From Macrostomum lignano (lineage: Eukaryota), in assembly GCA_002269645.1 (NCBI GenBank), contig NIVC01000406.1:563481-627480 (forward strand): a stretch of 64,000 nt of DNA, written 5' to 3'. This document shows, one piece after another, positions 11,061-22,198 of this stretch. Below the pieces are notes generated by a model. The model did not search any database. It was not told the origin of the DNA and saw nothing but the letters and a program-made list of their open reading frames with translations. A program made the position numbers and the translations under genes. Position 1 is the first letter of the stretch, and every line of letters begins with the position of its first letter.

Positions 11061-12520
11061 TAGTGCCCCAAAGCAAAACACGAATACGCGATGTTGGCGA
11101 AAACGAAAGCAGTAACGAGGCCTTTTTATTTATATTTTAATTATTTAATGAAATGAAAAAAAAAACTTTAATGAAAAAAATAAGGATAAAAGAAGAAAAA
11201 AAATAACTGCGCGAAAACACTGCCGGCTCAACAGCGCGGCTGAAATAAAATAACCCCCCCTCGCCGGCGGAGGGTAGGGCGCCCACCTAAACAACACAGA
11301 ACGTACACACGCGGCGGGGGGTGCACAGACGCAGCGCGCTTGGGCACTAAAGCCGGTTTGCTCAAGGCAAGCCTAGCGCAAACCGCAGCCTTAGTGCCCC
11401 AAAGCAAAACACGAACACGCGATGTTGGCGAAAGCGGAAACAGTAACGAGGCCTCCAAAGCCGAAGCAACAACGGGAAAGCGCGCGAAAGAAATAAAATC
11501 AAAGGAAACGGAACATAGAAAAGCTGATGCCAACGTCAAACGAGAGATCCCACACCTCTAGCAAACACGACGGAAGCTGCCAATACCTGCTGCGACTGCG
11601 GGAGATATCGCTGCACTGAGTCGCTCTTCCAGTCACCGATCCGCATGATGTCGGGCACCGGCACACCCAACACCGAGGCCCAGGTCGCGCCGCCACGGCG
11701 GAGGCTGTGGGCTGAGAAGTGCTCACGCCTGAAGCCCGCAGCCCCTAGCTTGTCCGCTAGGAAGCAATCGAGTTGCCTGTCCGTCAGCAGCCGCTGGTTG
11801 CCTCCGGCGTCGTGATGAGTGAACAGAGGCGCATCAGCCGATTGCAGATTATTGAATCTTGCGTGCTGCTCGATTGCTAACACCGGGCACAGCAACTTCC
11901 GCCTCACTAGCCTTCGTAGAAGCACCTGGTGCACCCGCTCTTTGAACTGGAGAGTCTTCCCTTGCTCCAGGCCCAAGATCAGACCTCGCGGGTGTCGAAA
12001 GATGTCAGCGCAGCGCACACGTGCCGGACCTTTTCCCGAAGTCGGCAGCACGCTGGATTTTCGAAGCATGCCCCACCAACAGCAGATGTGACTGCCCAGC
12101 ATGCCAGCCTCTTGATGCCGGCCACTGTATCGAACTCGACACCAAGGAACGTCATGCGCTGAGTTGGTGTCTGACACTTTGCCCAGTTTACAGTGAAGCC
12201 CAGCCGCGTCAACAGGCCTGTCAGCTCGTCATAAAACAGCTGGCATTCGTCCCGCGAGCCCGCGAAGGCAAAATCGTCCAGGTAGGACTCGGTGCCCACA
12301 AAGCCTCTGCGCACCATCATTAAACGCACAGCATTGCTAAGATGGTGAAAACAGGTAACAGAAGCTGCAGCGCCGAACGGCAAACGGGTGTCATACATGT
12401 AGGTGGCTGCCTTGGACTCGCCGAAGCGGAACTTGATCCCTGTCCGGCTGAAATCATCGGGGTGAACACCACAGGCGCGCTACGCTTCGCTGAGATCCAC
12501 CTTGGTCATAAGGCAGCCTA
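11061..12520 (-). mobile_element. Internally deleted tyrosine-recombinase retrotransposon (DIRS/Ngaro group)
   Basis: RT motifs LPFG, YLDD, LGFTVNWAK and FLG in ORF 11979..12398. Recombinase C-terminus CPVLAI...HSLRRGGAT...IGDWKSDSVQRY in ORF 11536..12177. A 60-bp direct repeat occurs at 11063-11122 and 11394-11455. The element is absent at the paralogous site in copy B (about 24560-24625). Confidence 0.88.
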
Positions 12521-12619
12521 CAGGTCTATTGTTGACTGGTTCTTGGGTTGCATTGTGCTTCTTTAAGTAGCTAGTCAACATTGCGACTGTTTAATCTCGG
12601 CTTCTTAAATCTCTGTTTT

Positions 12620-12696
12620 AAGAACTGTAAGAACTAAGAACTAAGAACTAAGAACTAAGAACTAAGAACTAAGAACTAAGAACTTTTAAGAACTAA
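12620..12696. repeat. 7-bp microsatellite (AGAACTA)n
   Basis: About 10 copies, absent from copy B. Confidence 0.9.
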
Positions 12697-13166
12697 GGTT
12701 GTAAATCCCTGAATATCGGGTTTCCAGCTGCTGCTGCATGCTGGCTGTGGGGATGCATGCTATTTTACTAGACTTGGTCAAAATATGCAGCCAAAATATG
12801 CAGCTCAGCTGTCACATAATCGTACTACACAGGCTACCATTATTCCACTTCGCCACATACGAAGCAAATTTAAAATGTAATTTAGAATTAATTGACCGAC
12901 CGCACCAAACGAGTGGTCTAATAAGTATTTTGGTTTTCTGCAATTCAGCACGTTGAATCAAAAAGCCATTGCATATCCGATTTTCTCGATATTGCAGCTT
13001 GCAGAAACGGGCAGGCTGGCAAAGGCGGCAGAAATCCAGGAAATAAAAATACAAAAACAATGCAAAGTTAGGTGAAGATCAAACAATATAGTTTATTTCA
13101 AACACCCATTAAAGAAGGAACACAAAACCGAATCGTATTGATGTTTTAGAAGGTGAAACAATCCAT

Positions 13167-16100
13167 TTAACCACGTCTGGCGGCACGTCTAAGGTTGCGT
13201 CTGGCGCGTCTGACACGACGACCACCTCTTCTCACATCGCGGCTTCTGCGGGCACGTCTGGCTGCGCGTCTAAGGTTGCGTCTGGCGCGTCTGGCACGAC
13301 GACCACCTCTTCTCACATCGCGGCTTCTGCGGGCACGTCTGGCGGCGCGTCTAAGGTTGCGTCTGGCGCGTCTGACACGACGACCACCTCTTCTCACATC
13401 GCGGCTTCTGCGGGCACGTCTGGCTGCGCGTCTAAGGTTGCGTCTAGCGCGTCTGGCACGACGACCACCTCTTCTCACATCGCGGCTTCTGCGGGCACGT
13501 CTGGCGGCGCGTCTAAGGTTGCGTCTGGCGCGTCTGACACGACGACCACCTCTTCTCACATCGCGGCTTCTGCGGGCACGTCTGGCTGCGCGTCTAAGGT
13601 TGCGTCTGGCGCGTCTGGCACGACGACCACCTCTTCTCACATCGCGGCTTCTGCGGGCACGTCTTGCAGCGCGTCTACGGATGCGTCTGGCGCGTCTAGC
13701 AATGCGTCTACGGATGCGTCTGGCGCGTCTGGCACGACGACCACCTCTTCTCACATCGCGGCTTCTGCGGGCACGTCTGGCTGCGCGTCTAAGGTTGCGT
13801 CTGGCGCGTCTGGCACGACGACCACCTCTTCTCACATCGCGGCTTCTGCGGGCACGTCTGGCGGCGCGTCTAAGGTTGCGTCTGGCGCGTCTGACACGAC
13901 GACCACCTCTTCTCACATCGCGGCTTCTGCGGGCACGTCTGGCTGCGCGTCTAAGGTTGCGTCTAGCGCGTCTGGCACGACGACCACCTCTTCTCACATC
14001 GCGGCTTCTGCGGGCACGTCTGGCGGCGCGTCTAAGGTTGCGTCTGGCGCGTCTGACACGACGACCACCTCTTCTCACATCGCGGCTTCTGCGGGCACGT
14101 CTGGCTGCGCGTCTAAGGTTGCGTCTGGCGCGTCTGACACGACGACCACCTCTTCTCACATCGCGGCTTCTGCGGGCACGTCTTGCAGCGCGTCTACGGA
14201 TGCGTCTGGCGCGTCTAGCAATGCGTCTACGGATGCGTCTGGCGCGTCTGGCACGACGACCACCTCTTCTCACATCGCGGCTTCTGCGGGCACGTCTGGC
14301 TGCGCGTCTAAGGTTGCGTCTGGCGCGTCTGACACGACGACCACCTCTTCTCACATCGCGGCTTCTGCGGGCACGTCTTGCGGCGCGTCTAAGGTTGCGT
14401 CTGGCGCGTCTGACACGACGACCACCTCTTCTCACATCGCGGCTTCTGCGGGCACGTCTTGCGGCGCGTCTAAGGTTGCGTCTGGCGCGTCTGGCACGAC
14501 GACCACCTCTTCTCACATCGCGGCTTCTGCGGGCGCGTCTAGCAATGCGTCTACGGATGCGTCTGGCGCGTCTGACACGACGACCACCTCTTCTTACATC
14601 GCGGCTTCGGCGGGCACGTCTTGCAGCGCGTCTACGGATGCGTCTGGCGCGTCTAGCAATGCGTCTACGGATGCGTCTAGCGCGTCTGACACGACGACCA
14701 CCTCTTCTCACATCGCGGCTTCTGCGGGCACGTCTGGCTGCGCGTCTAAGGTTGCGTCTCGCGCGTCTGGCACGACGACCACCTCTTCTCACATCGCGGC
14801 TTCTGCGGGCGCGTCTAGCAATGCGTCTACGGATGCGTCTGGCGCGTCTGACACGACGACCACCTCTTCTTACATCGCGGCTTCTGCGAGCACGTCTTGC
14901 AGCGCGTCTACGGATGCGTCTGGCGCGTCTAGCAATGCGTCTACGGATGCGTCTGGCGCGTCTGGCACGACGACCACCTCTTCTCACATCGCGGCTTCTG
15001 CGGGCACGTCTGGCTGCGCGTCTAAGGTTGCGTCTGGCGCGTCTGGCACGACGACCACCTCTTCTCACATCGCGGCTTCTGCGGGCACGTCTGGCGGCGC
15101 GTCTAAGGTTGCGTCTGGCGCGTCTGACACGACGACCACCTCTTCTCACATCGCGGCTTCTGCGGGCACGTCTGGCTGCGCGTCTAAGGTTGCGTCTAGC
15201 GCGTCTGGCACGACGACCACCTCTTCTCACATCGCGGCTTCTGCGGGCACGTCTGGCGGCGCGTCTAAGGTTGCGTCTGGCGCGTCTGACACGACGACCA
15301 CCTCTTCTCACATCGCGGCTTCTGCGGGCACGTCTTGCAGCGCGTCTACGGATGCGTCTGGCGCGTCTAGCAATGCGTCTACGGATGCGTCTGGCGCGTC
15401 TGACACGACGACCACCTCTTCTCACATCGCGGCTTCTGCGGGCACGTCTGGCTGCGCGTCTAAGGTTGCGTCTGGCGCGTCTGGCACGACGACCACCTCT
15501 TCTCACATCGCGGCTTCTGCGGGCACGTCTTGCGGCGCGTCTAAGGTTGCGTCTGGCGCGTCTGGCACGACGACCACCTCTTCTCACATCGCGGCTTCTG
15601 CGGGAACGTCTTGCAGCGCGTCTAAGGTTGCGTCTCGCGCGTCTGGCACGACGACCACCTCTTCTCACATCGCGGCTTCTGCGGGCACGTCTGGCTGCGC
15701 GTCTAAGGTTGCGTCTGGCGCGTCTGGCACGACGACCACCTCTTCTCACATCGCGGCTTCTGCGGGCACGTCTAGCTGCGCGTCTAAGGTTGCGTCTCGC
15801 GCGTCTGGCACGACGACCACCTCTTCTCACATCGCGGCTTCTGCGGGCGCGTCTAGCAATGCGTCTACGGATGCGTCTGGCGCGTCTGACACGACGACCA
15901 CCTCTTCTTACATCGCGGCTTCTGCGGGCACGTCTGGCGGCGCGTCTAAGGTTGCGTCTGGCGCGTCTGACACGGCGACCACCTCTTCTCACATCGCGGC
16001 TTCTGCGGGCACGTCTGGCGGCGCGTCTAAGGTTGCGTCTGGCGCGTCTGACACGGCGACCACCTCTTCTCACATCGCGGCTTCTGCGGGCTCGTCTGGC

Positions 16101-16454
16101 GGCTCGTCGGTTCTGCCGCCTTGATTGGCGGCGACTCCGCCTCTCGCTTCTTCTGTCCCTTCTTTCCTCTGCGCTTTTCCTTGGCGGTCTTCTGCAAGGC
16201 TTCTGAGCCATAGCGGGCTTCTTAGCCGATCCAGCAATGGCCGCAGCTTTAGCGGCTGCTGGCTTCTTCAGCTTATTCTTCGCATTCGGTGGTGGCGCTG
16301 AGAGCTGAAAATTGCAAATGATTTTCGTAATTATTCAAAATTGAAGCTGCCATTAGTGCTACATACGTACGAGCGTAGTTATGTGCAACAGAGTTCAACT
16401 TACCACTAGCGTGCAAAGCAGCGCGGCGCAAGCTGCCAACAGAATGAGTCTCAT
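13167..16454 (-). CDS. Secreted Arg-rich repeat protein, copy A; exons 16454-16404 and 16304-13167, about 1062 aa
   Basis: CAAAC-ATG at 16454. The 17-codon exon MRLILLAACAALLCTLV is followed by a 99-nt GTAAGT..TTTTCAG phase-0 intron. It splices in frame to LSAPPPNAKNKLKKPAAAK...AMAQKPCRR and the 81-nt (27-aa) Arg repeat. CATAAAAG lies upstream (16519-16512) and AATAAA about 70 nt after the stop (13097-13092). Repeat variants are mostly synonymous in this frame. Confidence 0.85.
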
Positions 16455-17269
16455 GTTTGAGCTGCTTGGGAGCTGACTGGATTGAATTTCGGAAGCCCCA
16501 AAACGGACCTACTTTTATGCTGTTGTTGAGTTTGACCCCCCCTCGGGTGGCCGTTTCTTCACCTGCCGGATGGCAACTGCTGAGCTGACAGACTGTCAAA
16601 TTTTTTACATTTGTTTGCACGCTGCTTCGCACTGGAAGTTCGTGCGGCTTGAATGCCGTTCATTTTTGGACAATTTTGTTTGTTTTGTTCGACTCTGCTG
16701 ACTAGTGCAAAAGAATTCTCAAGAACGAAATAATCCTCCCTACTCTCAAGACATTACGGCCTTGTCGTTTTGGTGACTTTTGCTGTGCTGAGCAAGCACG
16801 GGACTGAAGTGGCGCTTGTTTGACAGCAGAATCTGCAGGTGCGACTCCTCAAACATGCGAAAAGTTGCTAAGGCGATCGATTTTGACTAAGAGTTTTTTG
16901 CGACTCAAACGTTCATGCTCACACTGAAGAGTAAATTGCAAGAAACCACTTTTGCAATTCGATGATTAAGAATTTTGGTTGACGTCAGCACTGCATTCAA
17001 AATATCTTTGTATCCTTGATGCGAGAGCTCTCATAATGCCGTTGCGGGTAGGGATTTTTCAGGCCAGTGACTGACTGATGCCGTGGGGGTCACGAAAACT
17101 GTAAAAGGTTTATCAAGTAGCTCACACCAGTGTGGCAGATTATTAAATTCCCCAGATTATGATTCCTGATAGTAATGTATGCCTGTGTTCCTTTAGCACT
17201 GCGGTTCTTGCCGCCTCTCAACCTCTTCGTCAGGGGTGAGGCGGCTAGAACGACCCGGCGTCTACTAGT

Positions 17270-18125
17270 GTCCGGCGTCAAATTCCGCTACATTAGGGCA
17301 CCTGCTAAGCGAAACCTCGTCACGTCATAGCGACCTGTGCCTCAACATTCTCAATGAGTGCCAGGCCAATTGCGTCTTCACCGATGGCATTGCCTCAACG
17401 CTCAATCTGAGACAACGCAATCAGTAGCTATCAATTAGTAGCTATCGACCCGCACGATACCATCAATTACCACTGAAACCCTGGTGAGCTCCACTGCTAC
17501 CACTGACGGTTCTAAGCAGTCAGTCAGCACCGGCTTTGGTGTTGGAATCTTCCTGAACGGGCGGGTCATACTGGGGTAAAAATCAATGGGTTTTTCAAAA
17601 AAGTTGTCGCCCTCAGCTCTTGCACTACAGAGCTTCTCGCCACTGGCGTAACTAGTAAGAAAATCGTTTTCCATTCGGACAGCCAAGCTGCCTTGCACGC
17701 CATCAGTGGTTGCAGCGTCAACTCTGTTACAGTCCTCGACTGTATCAACTCCTTAACATGTTGGATTCTACGAGTACCAGCAAAATTACCCTTAAGTGGG
17801 TTTCGGGGCATGATGGGATCCAAGGGAATGAGCTGGCTGACGCCCTTGCAAAAGTTGGCGCCTCCGGCTCCTCTCTCGGGCCCGAATCCATTGTACCGAA
17901 TACCGATCCCCAGCTGCGTCATCGACTCGCGCATCAAAGACTAGATCAGGACCCAGCACCGCTCAACTTGGCGAACTGCACTACCTGTAGGCATTCCAGA
18001 GGCGCTGTCGCTCAGCCGTCTCACCAGCTCCGGAAGCTCCTCTTGCGCATCTCGCGAAGATATATCTGGCCTGCCACTGCCACCATGACTATCTCAGGTC
18101 ACGGCTGTTTTTTCAGGCACCAGTA
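17270..18125 (+). mobile_element. Non-LTR retrotransposon (LINE) RNase H / 3' fragment, degenerate
   Basis: TDGSK...GFGVG (about 17500-17545), IVFHSDSQAAL (about 17660-17695), LKWVSGHDGIQGNELADALAK and ISGHGCFF. Frameshifted. Confidence 0.8.
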
Positions 18126-19795
18126 CACACCAGTAACCCAGCACTTCGCGTTCACACTGCACTACCGCAAAGGCGACGACAACCCGGCAGACCCGCTGAG
18201 CCGCAATCCGCTGCCAAGCGCATCGTTGCACAAAGACGAGGCTGAGGACACCAGACTGTGCAACGCCGTTGTCCAAGCGGCCACCCCGAAGGGCCTGACC
18301 ATCGACAGGATCCGGGCTGCGACCGAGAGAGACCCAGCTCTGGTGGTCGTGCGCGTCATGCGCGCCTTGGCAACAGAAAACTGGAGCTGCGGCGCGGCGA
18401 GTCCTGCGTACAGTTTTCGGTCCCTCAAAGCCGAACTGAGCGTTCACGCAGGCCTTCTGCTCCGGGGAAACAGAATCGTGATCCCGGCGGAACTTCAGCA
18501 GCTGACGATCGGTTTAGCGCACCAGGGCCACCTCGGACAGAAAAAGACGTGCGACCGACTGCAGCGTAAGGTCTGGTGGCCTGGCATGACCAAGCAGGTC
18601 GAGGCGGTCGTCACTAACTTCTCCGGTGCCAAGCGGCCCGGACTGACGGCGCCGTTAAATAACCGCCGATGCAGCCGACTCCGCTTCCGTCGGGGCCTGG
18701 CAATCGCTCAGCGTCGATGTGTGCGGACCATTCCTACGGGCGAGAACGTAGTGGTCTTGGTGGACTACTTCAGCCGCTACCCGGACCTCTACGTGGTGCG
18801 AAGCCTCACCAGCGCCAGCGTCATCAACTGCGTCATGGCCTCATTCAGCCGCTTCGGGGTGCCGCAGCAGATCACTACGGACAACGCCACCTACTTTACG
18901 AGCGAGGAATTCAGTGTGTTTCTGGACGGCCTCGGGGTTCGACAGCGCAGGGTCACCCCGCTCTACCCGGCGGCGAACGGCGAGGTGGAGCGCTTTAACC
19001 GCAGCCTCAACAAGGCCATCAACGCGGCCACAGCCGACGGCAAGGACTGGCGGCGTGGCGGCGGGCGATTCACGACTGGTTGCTCGGATACCGTAACTCC
19101 GTGCACCGAGGCACCGACCGCACGCCCAACGATCTCATGTTTAACCGAGAGACCGGCGGCATCCTGCCATCCGGCCTGACAAAGCAAACCGGCAGCTCCG
19201 GACGGCAGCTCCAGCGCCACGAGTGCGGCTACAAGCAGGCGATGCGCAAGGCGGCCGACACGCGGCGATCGGCTGCGCCACACGGCATCCTGGCAGGCGC
19301 TCGCGTGCTGCTCAGAAACCGCGGCAAGGCCAAGCTGCGCTGTCCGTTCGACCCGCGGCCTTGGCTTGTCAGGGCAGTCAGTGGCGACGCCCTGACTCTG
19401 CAACGCGGCACGGCAGTCATCCGGCGGCATGTGACCGAGACGAAGCCGCTGCGTGAGTGCCCCTGGGACCTTGACGAGCTGGACGGCGATCAGCGGCCGG
19501 GGGCGCCGGTGACGGAGGTAAATCCGGCCAACGACGGCCCGATTGCACAGAGGCCTCATCCCAGGACAGCAAAGCGGCCCGTCTGCTACAAGCAGTGATT
19601 TGATTCGAACTGAGCCGGAACGCTGTCTAAGATCGGCATGCTTTGATTGCTTAAGTATTTAATCGTTCAAAATCAAAATTTTTGCTACTGCTTTACTAAT
19701 TAATTTTTTTAATCCTTCACATCGTTTCTCGTCAATTTTCGCAATGAAATTTTAAAACCTCTCGTATTGGACTTTTCTTTTGCTTTGGGGAGAGA
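18126..19795 (+). mobile_element. Gypsy-type LTR retrotransposon integrase region, degenerate
   Basis: HYRKGDDNPADPLSR linker; AHQGHLG...WWPGM zinc-finger region; VDYFSRYP, TDNATYFTS and ANGEVERFNR (DDE core). Several frameshifts. Polypurine tract GGGGAGAGA at 19787-19795. Confidence 0.9.
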
Positions 19796-19975
19796 TGTGG
19801 TGCGCAGCCTATGCGAGTACAATGCCCTTTCTCTTGCTCTCTAGCCAACGTGCTCAGCACCCCAATGTATTACGTAACTCATAGCTGCACGTCGGCAGCT
19901 GCGTGAATATATATCGCAAATATACGGCTCTTAGAGGCCAAGATTCTTACCCGCCAAGCGGACTACGAGCACTAC
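19796..19975 (+). mobile_element. Probable truncated 3' LTR of the Gypsy element
   Basis: TGTGG begins immediately after the polypurine tract. The right boundary is inferred only from the start of duplication copy B. Confidence 0.5.
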
Positions 19976-20152
19976 AGTTGCAGAAGGATGCTTGGAAAGA
20001 TCGCTTCATTTTCGATTCAACTGTCGCCAGCGTGGAATGGCAGAATGAAACAACCAATGAGGAGAGTTTGATGACGATTTTTGTACCCTCAGGTAGGGAT
20101 ATATAGGAGCTAAGGCTAGAAAGATGTGAGGCAAATTTATCAGATTAATGCA

Positions 20153-22198
20153 ATGCCCCAGTCCATTAACTGCATCAGCATGATTTCTTATTGCAAACTG
20201 CTTTTAGGAGTTCAGTTCATCTTGGCAAATCTGCTGAGCATCGAAGCTGCCGCATCATTCGATTTGTGTAAGTTTTTAGAGTTGTGCGAGTTTTGTCACC
20301 GAGTGCAGTGTAGCACCAGCTTCCAGAGCAGAACTAGTGATTCTCTTTGATTTCAGACAGCCGAGCGGCTGCGCCAGGGTCGCCGGCCATTGAGGTGAGC
20401 CGAGCGCCGTCGCAGAGCGCCATCGAGTGCTCGGCCCAGTGCAGCTGCGCTGGGCTGACCTGCAGGTCGGCGCTGTTCCTGCCGGCCAACGGAGTCTGCC
20501 TGATGTCGGAGCAGCCTGCGACGGATTTTTCCGGCGTTGTTGGAGGCGCGGCCGGCAGGCCATTCGTGAAGTCCAGCACAGGTTCTTCTGCTTCGGGTAA
20601 GTGCGAGTGTTTGACCTTGACTGCCAGCTGAGCAGTGCATTGAAATGCCAAAGCGGAAAACTCCCCAACGAACTCAACAGTCCCTGGTAACATCACGGTC
20701 AGCGTCGGTGGCCGGAAGTTCCGCGTGATTCAACAGCGAGTTGATGACAGCGTGAGCTTCGCCCGGACCTGGGCCGAGTACGAGGCCGGCTTCGGGGACA
20801 GCAACAACTTCTGGATCGGTGAGCGCTCGCCGAACCATCTTGTAGGCAAGCGCGAGCTTTACCTACGGACTGATAGCTGAGTGATGGTGTGCAAAGCTGA
20901 TTGAGGGTATGCAAAGCTGAGTGAGAGAATGCGCAGCGAAGCGGAAGGCCTAGCTACTGTTGTACCCCCCGGGATGGCCTCGGGAGTTGCAAATCCGGCT
21001 AGGGTAGCCGGGGCTGCCTAGCTGGGGGACAACAGGTCCCGCATACGCCTGTCCCTAACGCTGCGAAAGTTCACAGTAGCCTCCGGCTGGCGAAACTTCA
21101 CTTGCCGGCCCCTAAACACTGCGAGACTTCACAGTCGTCCCGATCCACGCGGCACCCCAGAAGAGGAAAACACTCACACCGGTAGTTCGGGCGGACTCCA
21201 ATAACGCGTCGAGTAAAACGCGTACCGAACGTCACGTGTTTATTATTACTCTACTACATTGCCGCCAGCAGGCCAAGGGAGGGGGGCGTAGGGACGGGAC
21301 GGGGCGGGGCGCGCGCATTAAAAAAATAGCAAGGAAAGTAGGGGACGAGGGTAAACTGATAGACAATAATCAAGCATACCACCCTGCTGGCCACGCCGAT
21401 CACAAGCCGCCAGCCGGGGAGGGGTGGAGCAAACTTGAGCCGGCCTGCGCACGAGACCAGGGGCCCGGGCAGGCCGTAGGCCAGACTAGGGTGAGGCTTA
21501 AGTCCCCAAACCCCAGCCCAACTGGCCGGCCCAACCCAGATCAAGGGGGGGGGGAGAAAAAAGAATGAAGAGAAAAAAGGCCGGGGGGTGGAGCCCTCGC
21601 TGACGCAACACGGCACAACACTACACAAGTGTCCGAATACCGTACACCTGGCCGGTTCCAATGGAACAGTGCAAATAAATTCAAGGCTCCGATCCTCACT
21701 GAACTGCAATCAATGAAATCCCCAGGCCTGGCCGCCATCCACAACCTGACTAAGGCGATACCCACCCTGCGCGTGGAGTCCTGGAACTGGGCCGACCAGC
21801 TATTCACCACCGAGTATGAGTCGTTCCAGGTGAACGGGCCGACAACAAACTACTCTATGGACTACAGCATCAGAATGGCCTCGGGAACGAACTCCAGCAA
21901 CGTGTCCAGCTTCGAGCCGTTCTTCGACAGCTCCGGCCGGCCCTTCTCCACCCTGGACGTGGACAACGACCTTGAAGAGACACAGTCGGTGTCCCAGGCC
22001 GCTGCCGGAGGGGCTGGCTGGTGGTTCACTTTTCTCATCAGCGTATACCTGAACCCGAACGGTCTCTACCCGCCTCCTGACAAGCGGATCTGCATCGAAG
22101 CAGCCTCCGACTTTAAGTTTATGCACTGGTACCTGAACAACGGCACCGGCTGCGGCCGGGTCGCCGTGAAGGCCATCCGAATGATGTTGACAGTGTGA
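20153..22198 (+). CDS. Secreted PAN/apple + fibrinogen-C domain protein (FReD); exons 20153-20267, 20357-20596, 20681-20818, 21726-22198, about 321 aa
   Basis: All introns are GT..AG phase 1. Signal peptide MPQSINCISMISYCKLLLGVQFILANLLSIEA; PAN-like C-x3-C-x6-C-x11-C (SAIECSAQCSCAGLTCRSALFLPANGVCL); FBG motifs VIQQRVDDSVSFARTWAEYEAGFG...FWIG, FSTLDVDND and GAGWW. Confidence 0.88.
20958..21646 (-). mobile_element. Possible solo-LTR-like insertion in intron 3 of the FReD gene
   Basis: On the minus strand it starts TGTACGG, ends TACAACA and contains AATAATAAA. No target-site duplication was found. Confidence 0.35.

Larger units (their letters stand above)
9332..17268. repeat. Segmental duplication, copy A (paralog of 19976-31753)
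   Basis: Collinear high identity from AGTTGCAGAAGGAT (9332 / 19976) to GGCGTCTACTAG (17268 / 31753), including non-coding flanks. The copies differ by insertions, deletions and repeat copy number. Confidence 0.93.

Noticed and set aside
13195-16206. 1003-aa plus-strand RLARL ORF (and equivalents at 25212-30691)
   Set aside because: Shadow frames of the coding repeat: non-ATG starts, no splice or poly(A) support, and variants are synonymous only in the minus Arg frame.
13167-16211. Protamine or histone-H1-like sperm nuclear protein call
   Set aside because: No winged-helix domain upstream. The only in-frame upstream exon encodes a signal peptide. Not fully excluded if translation starts at the internal MAQK.
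16273-16632. 119-aa ORF (and its copy at 30758-31117)
   Set aside because: It reads through the promoter, exon 1 and intron of the Arg gene in another frame.
17195-17250. Hammerhead ribozyme (CTGACGA on the minus strand)
   Set aside because: No GAAA or stem II/III at a suitable distance.
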